From: Polyangiales bacterium
GTDB lineage: Bacteria; Myxococcota_A; Polyangia; Polyangiales; Ga0077539
Direction: 5' to 3'
Assembly (NCBI GenBank): GCA_044229975.1
Contig: JBGARZ010000020.1
Location: 1-64,000, forward strand
DNA: 64,000 nucleotides
In this document: positions 57,039-64,000 of the stretch, piece after piece
Position numbering within the stretch: position 1 is the stretch's first letter
How the letters are laid out: the number at the start of each line of letters is the position of its first letter
The notes under the pieces: model-generated
What the model saw: only the letters and a program-made list of their open reading frames with translations
The model's database searches: none
Told to the model about the DNA's origin: nothing
Position numbers and translations under genes: made by a program

Positions 57039-59819
57039 CTACTCCACCACCTCGACGCTCTCCGTCGGGCGCGTCCGGTAGGTGCGGTCGACCCAGTTGT
57101 ACAGGTCGAGGAAGTACGTCTCCATCCGCGCGTTGCCTGCGATCGAGTCCACGAAGAACGTCCCCTCCAGGCACCCATCTCCATCCCGACAACGCCCGTC
57201 CGGGAACACCAATATGAACTTCGCCGGCCGCTGCCAGTCGCCCGTGTTGCGCGCCACCATCCGCGCCGCCACCACCAGCGCCGCGCCCGCGAACTCCGAC
57301 GGCTGCATCCCGTACCCGTGCAGCAGATACACCACCGGGTAACGCACGCCCGCGTTGGCCGGGTCGTGATACCCCGGCGGCAGAAACACGCTCACCGGCC
57401 CCGCCCGCCCCGTACGCTCCGACCGGAACTCGAACGCGCACTGGTACCCGTTCGCACACCGGCCCGCGTTGTCGACCGTCGTCGAAAACGGCGCCATCGC
57501 GCGGTCGCCGCCCGGCCACCGCGCCTGCACCGCATACAGGCCCGACAAGAGCCGCGTCGCGATCTGGAGGTTGGTGCCGACGTGCGCGCCGTCGCCCTCC
57601 GCGATGTCCGTCGGCGACGCGTCGATGGACCCGTAGCGAACCATCATGTGCGATGGCACGTGCGCCCAGTCGACCACCGACGGATCAAACGCGATCTCGC
57701 TCTCGCGCGTCGACACCCGACCCGGCATCAACCCGGTGAAGCCGTTGAGGATGCGGAGCCCGACGTTCTGCTGCGCCACCGCGCCCGCGAAGTGGTTGGC
57801 GTTGACCCCGAACTGCAACGCGTCCCGCACGCCGCCGTCGATGTACGTCGCCAGCCGCGCCGCCTCTTCGCGCGGCAATCCCGCGTAGAGCACGCGCGGG
57901 TTGAGCCGGTCGTAGCCGGGCAGCATCGACGTCGCCGTGTCGTAGCGGCCGTTGCCTTCGCCCTGGTCGTACGGACACATCCGCCCGGTGGGGCACGCCA
58001 CGCCGTCGAGGCCGAGGTCGTCGTAGGGCTCCATCGCGTCGCGGAGGTAGTTGGTCTCGGTCCCGCTCGGGTTGTACTGACGGTCGTAGTCGTCGCCCGA
58101 TGGATCGGGGTTGGTCGCGGCGTCGTAGCCGGGCTCGTCGCGGTTGGCGAGGCGGTCGTTGCCCACGTCACGGTACGGCTCGCTGAAGTTGCGGATGACC
58201 GGCTCGCCCGCGTCCCGACGGCCGTTGGCGTTGCGGTCGACCGCCATCGTGATCTCGACGGGGTAGCCGCCGACGGAGCCGTTCCAGGTGCCCACGTCGA
58301 CGGGCGAACGACCTCCATCGCAGAACGTGATCACGGGGTACCGACCGTCGGGGTTGTACTCGTCGTCGTAGAAGCGCTGGTCCATCGACGCGGTCGCGCC
58401 GCCGAGCACCACCGGGGTCGCGCAGCGCTGCGCGTCGGTGCGCATGAGCTCGCTCGCCGGAACCCCCAACGGCAACACCCCACCATCGGGTCCGCTCCCC
58501 ATGATCGGGTTGCCGAACATCCGCCCGATGTCACGGAAGCCCTGGAAACGAGCCTCGCGGTCGAAGGTTCCGCCGGTGCCGCGGCCGGGCGGCGCGAAGA
58601 AGTGCTCGAAGTGCTGGCCCACCATCCCGAGGTCGTCGGGCACGGGGGTTCGTGACTCGCTCGACGTCGCGCACGCGGCCTCACCCAGCGTCGCGCGCTC
58701 GGCCTCGGTGCAGAACCCACCGAACACATACCGCCGCAGGTAAGACCCCGAGAAGGCCGAGTCGGCCGGGCCACCGAGCGGCGCGAGCACATCGAAGAGC
58801 GCGGGGTTGCGCAGGCCGATCATCGACGTCCCGACCGCGCCCATGGAGATGCCGTAGAGCGCGCGAAACTTCGTCGACCGCGTGACGCGCGTCGCCCCGA
58901 CGCCGCGACGCATCACCGCGCGGTACGTGCCGAAGCGGTAGCCCGAGAAGGACACCGAGTTGCCGCCCGCGTCGATGCGCGTGTCGGCCAGCGGCACGAT
59001 GCGGGTGCGCGCGGTGCCTCCGGGCGGCGCCCAGGCGACCTCCACGTGGGCCTCGTAGAGCGACGGCACACGCGCGGCGTTGACGGGGATGGTCATCGCC
59101 ACCTCGCGGGTGAAACGCAGCGGGCCGGGCGCGAAGGTCACCGCCGGGCCGAGCGCGTCGTACCCATCGGGAACCGGTGCGTCGGCGGCGCACGCGACGG
59201 AGACCGCGTCGGTGGGGAGGCCGGTGATGTTGGTCGGGATGCTGAGCCCGGCGATGCCGATGGGTGATCCCGCGGCGGAGGCGACGGTCTGCCCCGCGCG
59301 CAGGACGCCCCACGCGACGGAGGCGCCCGCGGTGCACGTCGGCAGCGTGGTGGCGCGCACCTCGACGTCGACGATGGTGGTGACGGCGTTGGTGTTGTCG
59401 GCGGGGTCGGACTGCGTGACGCGGAGCTGCGTCTGGCCGGCGCTCACGCCGCGGACGGTGAAGCCGACGGAGCCGTGTCCGACGGTGATGCGCGGCGCGG
59501 TGGTGGGGCCGGTGAGCAGCGCGGCGTTGACGCTCTCGACGCGGAAGGTCGCGTCGCAGGCCGAGCGGTCGCCCGCGAGACGGAGCAGCACCTGCGCGTC
59601 GCCGCCGACCGGGACGATGAGCCGCTCGGGCAGCACCGAGTGAACGCGCACCGCCTCGGTGCAGACCGTGGGTACGTCGGGCGCCTTCGCGTCGACGACC
59701 GGGACGTCAGGCGTCGCATCGACGACGTCGATGGGATTGCCCGCGTCCGTCATGGTCGACGGCGTGGAAGACGACGAACAGCCCGCCAGAACGATGGCCC
59801 CGACATACAACCCGCGCAT
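57039..59819 (-). CDS. Lipoprotein with ZU5-like domain and alpha/beta-hydrolase (esterase) motifs in permuted order
   Basis: Lipobox LAGC; RALYGISMG; YIDGGVRD; GAHVG; C-terminal VFLPPGY..YPVVYLLHGYG..FPDG. Confidence 0.8.
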   Translation of the reverse strand: MRGLYVGAIVLAGCSSSSTPSTMTDAGNPIDVVDATPDVPVVDAKAPDVPTVCTEAVRVHSVLPERLIVPVGGDAQVLLRLAGDRSACDATFRVESVNAALLTGPTTAPRITVGHGSVGFTVRGVSAGQTQLRVTQSDPADNTNAVTTIVDVEVRATTLPTCTAGASVAWGVLRAGQTVASAAGSPIGIAGLSIPTNITGLPTDAVSVACAADAPVPDGYDALGPAVTFAPGPLRFTREVAMTIPVNAARVPSLYEAHVEVAWAPPGGTARTRIVPLADTRIDAGGNSVSFSGYRFGTYRAVMRRGVGATRVTRSTKFRALYGISMGAVGTSMIGLRNPALFDVLAPLGGPADSAFSGSYLRRYVFGGFCTEAERATLGEAACATSSESRTPVPDDLGMVGQHFEHFFAPPGRGTGGTFDREARFQGFRDIGRMFGNPIMGSGPDGGVLPLGVPASELMRTDAQRCATPVVLGGATASMDQRFYDDEYNPDGRYPVITFCDGGRSPVDVGTWNGSVGGYPVEITMAVDRNANGRRDAGEPVIRNFSEPYRDVGNDRLANRDEPGYDAATNPDPSGDDYDRQYNPSGTETNYLRDAMEPYDDLGLDGVACPTGRMCPYDQGEGNGRYDTATSMLPGYDRLNPRVLYAGLPREEAARLATYIDGGVRDALQFGVNANHFAGAVAQQNVGLRILNGFTGLMPGRVSTRESEIAFDPSVVDWAHVPSHMMVRYGSIDASPTDIAEGDGAHVGTNLQIATRLLSGLYAVQARWPGGDRAMAPFSTTVDNAGRCANGYQCAFEFRSERTGRAGPVSVFLPPGYHDPANAGVRYPVVYLLHGYGMQPSEFAGAALVVAARMVARNTGDWQRPAKFILVFPDGRCRDGDGCLEGTFFVDSIAGNARMETYFLDLYNWVDRTYRTRPTESVEVVE

Positions 59820-59894
59820 GGCCGCGGAGCATATACAGGTGTCAGGGACGAGCGAAGCGGAGCGGGGCCCACGCCGCGGCGTCAGTGGCGGTCG

Positions 59895-62800
59895 CTACGG
59901 ATTGAGGATGGTCGTCGTCGGCGCGGGCCCGACGCCTGACGCGCCGCCCGTGTAGAAGTGCGTTCGACCGGAGGCGATCACCGCGAGGTCGCCGAAGCCG
60001 TCGCCGTGGACGTCGCCCAGCCCGATCGCGCCGTAGCCGAAGAGGGAGCTGCCCGTCGGGCCGGTGAGCGCCGTCGTCGACAGCGACGTGCCGGCGGCGT
60101 TGCCGAAGTACACGGTCAGCGTGTTGCTGGAGGTCGAGCCCAGGACCACGTCGCTGAAGCCGTCGCCGTTGAGGTCGCCCGCGCCCGTCGCCGCCGCCGC
60201 CGCGGAACTCACCCGGTTGTATCCGTTGAGGGTGGTCGGCGTCGTGGTGGGGCCGGCCGTGGTGCCCAGGTACAGGTACCCCGCGTACGGCCCTGTGAGT
60301 CCGATGGGGTCGGCGGCGATCAGCGCATCGGCGAGCCCGTCGCCGTTGACGTCGCCCGCCGCGGCGACCACGAGGTTGCTGGGGTTCACGCCGAACACCA
60401 GGCTCGCCGTACTGGGCGTCCCGAAGCCCGTCGAACTGCCCCGGTAGAAGTAGAACGTCATGGCAGCGACGTTGACGACGAGGGCGTCGGAGAAGCCGTC
60501 GCCGTTGACGTCGCCCGGGCCCGCCACCGTCGCGTTGCTGAGCGCCGTCCCGCTGGGGGCGACGAGCCGCGTCGGCGGCTCGACCGGGCCCGACGCGCTG
60601 CCGCGGTAGACGTAGTAGCCGAACGCGAAGTCCGCGTAGCCGTCGTTGTTGATGTCGCCCAGCGCCACGGCCGGACCGGGCCCGGAGCTTCCGGCGGCCG
60701 GGGTCAGGCTGATGGCCGTCGCGCTCAGCCCGGACGGGCCGCCGAGATACAGCGACATGGTGCCGCCGCCCCCGCTCGAGAGGAGGTCGGAGAAGCCGTC
60801 GCCGTTGACGTCGCCCGCGCTGCCGACCGCGTTGGCGTAGGCCGGCCACTGCGCGACGGGCGTCGTCGCGATGCCGCCCGGCCCGCCCAGCACCACGTAG
60901 GCGTTGTAGGAGCCGACGCCCACGGCGGCGTCCGCGTAGCCGTCGCCGTTCACGTCGAGCGTCGTCCCCCACGAGCCGTCGCGCGCCGCCGAGCGCGCCC
61001 CCACCGTGAACTGCCACGTCGCGGTCGGCGCGGTCACCGTCGCGCCCCCGCGCCGCCCGCTCAGCCGCCAGAACCACACGCCCGGAGAGAGCGCCGCCGC
61101 CGGCCGGACGCTCGACCCGGTGGCGTCGATCGGCGCGAGGCACCCGGCGGTCATCGCCCGGTTGCGGCAGAGCTCGACGCGCGTCCCGGCGGTGCTGTCG
61201 CCCTCCACCCAGCGCAGCGTCGGCTGCTGCGAGGTCACGTTGCTGGTGGACAGCGGCCCAAGCTGGCGCGGCGGCAGGGCCGTGCACACGCCTGCGACGC
61301 AGGGCGACACGCCGGTGCACGCGTTGCCGCAGACGCCGCAGTGGGCGGTGCTGGTGCGGGTGTCGAAGCAGGCGCCGGCGCAGAGGGTGGCGTCCACGCG
61401 GTCGGGGCAGGTCTGCGTGTAGCCGAGCGGGTTGGTGTAGCTCGTCCCGCCGCAGCGGTTGGCCAAGACGCAGTTGTCGACGCAGCGGCGCGAGGGGCCG
61501 TCGCAGAGGCTCGTGCGGTCGTCGCAGGCGCCGCAGCCGAGGCCGCCGCACTGGTCGGCCGTCGTGCAGGCGGCGGTGAAGGTCGCGGCCGAGCAGCCCG
61601 GCCCGAAGGACGCCGCCGAGAAGCCATACGACGCGACGGGGGAGGTCGTCCCGCCCGCGACCTCGATGGTCACGGTGTGCGAGCCCGCGCGTCGGGCCGA
61701 GCAGTAACCCAGCAGGTACAGCGTGCGGAACTCCGCCGCGATGCGGCTGGCCAGCGCGTCGAACTCGCGGGTGAGCGTGGAGGCGTCGGGCGCGATGAGG
61801 GCCCCGCCGGGCGCGAGCGCGGAGAGCACCGCGGGCATGAAGTCGCTGCCCGTGAGACCCACGGCCAGCGTGCGGTCGGTGCTGGCGCGCACGGCCTCGG
61901 TCGCCTCGGCCTGCGTGCGCAGCCCCGCGGTGTCGCCGCCGTCGGTGAAGAGCACCACGTACCCGCGGGTAAACGCCCCGCCCGCGTTGCGCGTGCGGAA
62001 CGCCGACTCGGCGGCGTTTTGCCGGGCGAGCGCGGCGATGGTGGCGCCGAAGAGGTTGGTCGAGCCGGGGTCGTTCGCGGTGTAGCTGGAGAGCGCGTCG
62101 AGGCGCGAGAGCAGCCGGGCCGTGTCGACGGTGGGCGCCTGCCACTCGGTGAGGGCGGACTCACCCGCGAAGACCTGGACGCTGATCTGCACCGGCAGGC
62201 GGCGCTCGGTCTGGAGCGACGTGACGAAGCGGCGGGCCGCGGCGATGAGCTGCGGGAGGATGGCGTTGGTCGACGCGCTCACGTCGAGCACCAGCGACAC
62301 GAACACCTGCGGGCCAGTGCGGGAGATGAGCGTCGCCGAGGCCTCGCTGGGGAGCGCGGTGCCGTCCTCGCGCACGACGAAGTCCGCGCCGGTGAGGTCG
62401 GTGAGCGGGCGGCCGAGGCAGTCCTCGGCGGTGAAGAACATCGCGACGCCTGACGACGAGACGGTGCGCCCTTCGAGCAGGTGCGTGGTCGCGCACGAGC
62501 GGTCGGCGGGCTCGCGGTAGTCGACGCCGTCGGCGACGAAGCCGCGGCTGAAGTGCGTGACGCTGCCGGAGAGGGTCGAGCCGGTGACGAGGCCGCCGAC
62601 GCGCTCGTAGCCGCCGCCCGTCGCGCGCGACCAGAACAGCGTCGCGCGAGAGGCGCCGCCGGTGAAGGGCAGGGTGACGCGCACGGGCGCGGCGAAGGTC
62701 GTCCCCGCGGGCTCGAAGCGGAAGACCGGCGAGTAGCCGGTGTAGCCGGCGGGCGCGGTCTCGGTCGTCGCGATGATCTGGAGGGACACCGACGTCGTGA

Positions 62801-63443
62801 GCGCGCCGGCCGGGACGGTGAGGCTGGCGCCGGCGCAGGAGACCGTTCCGCCAGCGCTGCCGATGGTGACCGCGGGACAAGCGCCGGGGACGTCCGCCGC
62901 GGGCGCGTCGGTGGTGGGGACGTCGGTGGCGGGGACGTCGGTGGTCGGGACGTCGGTGGTGGGGACGTCGGTGGTCGGGACGTCGGTGGTGGGGACGTCG
63001 GTGGTGGGGACGTCGGTGGTGGGGACGTCGGTGGTGGGGACGTCGGTGGTCGGGACGTCGGTGGTCGGGGCGTCCATCACCGGCATGTCGATGGTCGGGA
63101 CGTCTGTGGCGGGGGCGTCTGGCGGCAGCTCGGACGTCGGCGCGTCGGGGGCGGGTACGTCCGCGGCGGGGGCGTCCATCGACGGGGGCACGTCAGCCAC
63201 GGGGGCGTCGACGGTCGCGACGTCGGCGGGCGCATCGGCGGTGCCGGCGTCGGCGCCGGGGCACGCGCACACGCCGAAGGTGCGATCGGGCAGGCACGAC
63301 TGCACGCCGCTGACGCCGCCCGCGCAGGCGCAGGCGACGGTCTGTCCCGTGACGCAGCCCGTGGCAGGCGCCGGGTCCGACCCGCACGCCGCGGTCACGG
63401 CCACCATTGTCGCAAACAGCAATCCGCCGGTCGTTCGTCCCAT
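59895..63443 (-). CDS. Multidomain lipoprotein: Cys module, DVPTT repeats, ZU5-like, VWA, Cys-rich repeat, FG-GAP repeats
   Basis: Lipobox TAAC; LTVPAGAL..FEPAG..HFS; MIDAS LDVSAS..FTDG; HCGVCGNAC; GDVNGDG repeats. Confidence 0.85.
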   Translation of the reverse strand: MGRTTGGLLFATMVAVTAACGSDPAPATGCVTGQTVACACAGGVSGVQSCLPDRTFGVCACPGADAGTADAPADVATVDAPVADVPPSMDAPAADVPAPDAPTSELPPDAPATDVPTIDMPVMDAPTTDVPTTDVPTTDVPTTDVPTTDVPTTDVPTTDVPTTDVPTTDVPATDVPTTDAPAADVPGACPAVTIGSAGGTVSCAGASLTVPAGALTTSVSLQIIATTETAPAGYTGYSPVFRFEPAGTTFAAPVRVTLPFTGGASRATLFWSRATGGGYERVGGLVTGSTLSGSVTHFSRGFVADGVDYREPADRSCATTHLLEGRTVSSSGVAMFFTAEDCLGRPLTDLTGADFVVREDGTALPSEASATLISRTGPQVFVSLVLDVSASTNAILPQLIAAARRFVTSLQTERRLPVQISVQVFAGESALTEWQAPTVDTARLLSRLDALSSYTANDPGSTNLFGATIAALARQNAAESAFRTRNAGGAFTRGYVVLFTDGGDTAGLRTQAEATEAVRASTDRTLAVGLTGSDFMPAVLSALAPGGALIAPDASTLTREFDALASRIAAEFRTLYLLGYCSARRAGSHTVTIEVAGGTTSPVASYGFSAASFGPGCSAATFTAACTTADQCGGLGCGACDDRTSLCDGPSRRCVDNCVLANRCGGTSYTNPLGYTQTCPDRVDATLCAGACFDTRTSTAHCGVCGNACTGVSPCVAGVCTALPPRQLGPLSTSNVTSQQPTLRWVEGDSTAGTRVELCRNRAMTAGCLAPIDATGSSVRPAAALSPGVWFWRLSGRRGGATVTAPTATWQFTVGARSAARDGSWGTTLDVNGDGYADAAVGVGSYNAYVVLGGPGGIATTPVAQWPAYANAVGSAGDVNGDGFSDLLSSGGGGTMSLYLGGPSGLSATAISLTPAAGSSGPGPAVALGDINNDGYADFAFGYYVYRGSASGPVEPPTRLVAPSGTALSNATVAGPGDVNGDGFSDALVVNVAAMTFYFYRGSSTGFGTPSTASLVFGVNPSNLVVAAAGDVNGDGLADALIAADPIGLTGPYAGYLYLGTTAGPTTTPTTLNGYNRVSSAAAAATGAGDLNGDGFSDVVLGSTSSNTLTVYFGNAAGTSLSTTALTGPTGSSLFGYGAIGLGDVHGDGFGDLAVIASGRTHFYTGGASGVGPAPTTTILNP
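62907..63071 (-). repeat. Eleven near-perfect 15-bp coding tandem repeats (DVPTT)
   Basis: Unit GTCGGTGG(T/C)(G/C)GGGAC repeated contiguously on the + strand with no spacers. Confidence 0.95.
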
Positions 63444-63553
63444 GTGCAATGCCCTCCGAGGCGGAGGACCTTTCACACGGTCGGGTTGCCCGCACAAGGG
63501 CGCGCGGCGAAAGCGGGAGCGGGCGGTCGGAGGGGCGTGCGATGCTCGTGGCC

Positions 63554-64000
63554 ATGACGGTCGAGGGGTTCATCGCGAAGTGGGCGTCGTCGGAGGCGGC
63601 GGAGCGGGCGCACAAGGACTCGTTTCTCAACGAGCTGTGTGACGTGATCGGGGTGCCGCGGCCCGACCAGCTCACCGGCGACCCCGCGCAGGATCGCTAC
63701 GTCTTCGAGGCCGACGCCACCCTCGTCCACGACGGCAAGAAGAACTCCGTCGGCAAGATGGACCTCTACAAGCGCGGATGCTTCGTGCTGGAGGCCAAGC
63801 AGGGGTCCAACGAAGGAGCGAAGAAGCTCGGCTCCGCCCGCCGCGGCACCGCCGGCTGGACCATCATGATGCAGAAGGCCTACGGCCAGGCCATCGGCTA
63901 CGCGAAGGTGGTGGACGCGCCGCCGCCGTTCCTCGTGGTGTGTGACATCGGGCACTGCTTCGACCTCTACGCGTGCTTCGATGGGTCGAGCGTGTGGAAG
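63554..64000 (+). CDS. MmeI-like Type IIL/IIG restriction-modification enzyme, N-terminal nuclease region (runs off window; absent from ORF track)
   Basis: Manual translation: MTVEGFIAKW..ERAHKDSFLNELCDVIGVPRP..YVFE..MDLYKRGCFVLEAKQG..QAIGYA..PPFLVVCD. Confidence 0.88.
   Translation, partial: MTVEGFIAKWASSEAAERAHKDSFLNELCDVIGVPRPDQLTGDPAQDRYVFEADATLVHDGKKNSVGKMDLYKRGCFVLEAKQGSNEGAKKLGSARRGTAGWTIMMQKAYGQAIGYAKVVDAPPPFLVVCDIGHCFDLYACFDGSSVWK

Noticed and set aside
62907..63071. Possible CRISPR array
   Set aside because: The 15-bp units are contiguous with no unique spacers, lie in frame within a CDS, and no cas genes are present.

Overview
Very GC-rich bacterial chromosomal window, most consistent with Myxococcota (Polyangiales/Haliangium-like). 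This is inferred from a MYXO-CTERM protein, about 15 lipoproteins with Asp/Ala/Gly/Pro-rich linkers, an ECF sigma cassette and Haliangium-type microcompartment genes. It begins in the 3' end (domains V-VI) of a class C group II intron and ends in the 5' part of an MmeI-like restriction-modification gene. Housekeeping content includes gloA, an NCS1 transporter, an FeS-type photolyase, a sigma54 regulator, a biotin carboxylase and a split complex I operon (nuoABCD-G-H-I). The most interesting items are: (1) a shell-only BMC-T/BMC-H/BMC-P operon with no cargo enzyme; (2) an exported redox-like cluster (di-Rieske Tat lipoprotein, two CxxCH lipoproteins, DUF1501, FG-GAP); (3) an apparently circularly permuted alpha/beta-hydrolase; (4) two small six-cysteine modules each reused in unrelated lipoproteins; (5) an OLD-family ATPase-TOPRIM gene plus a catalytically degenerate relative; (6) three genes with apparent internal deletions. 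All family assignments come from motif recognition by eye; no database search was run, and start codons are best estimates.
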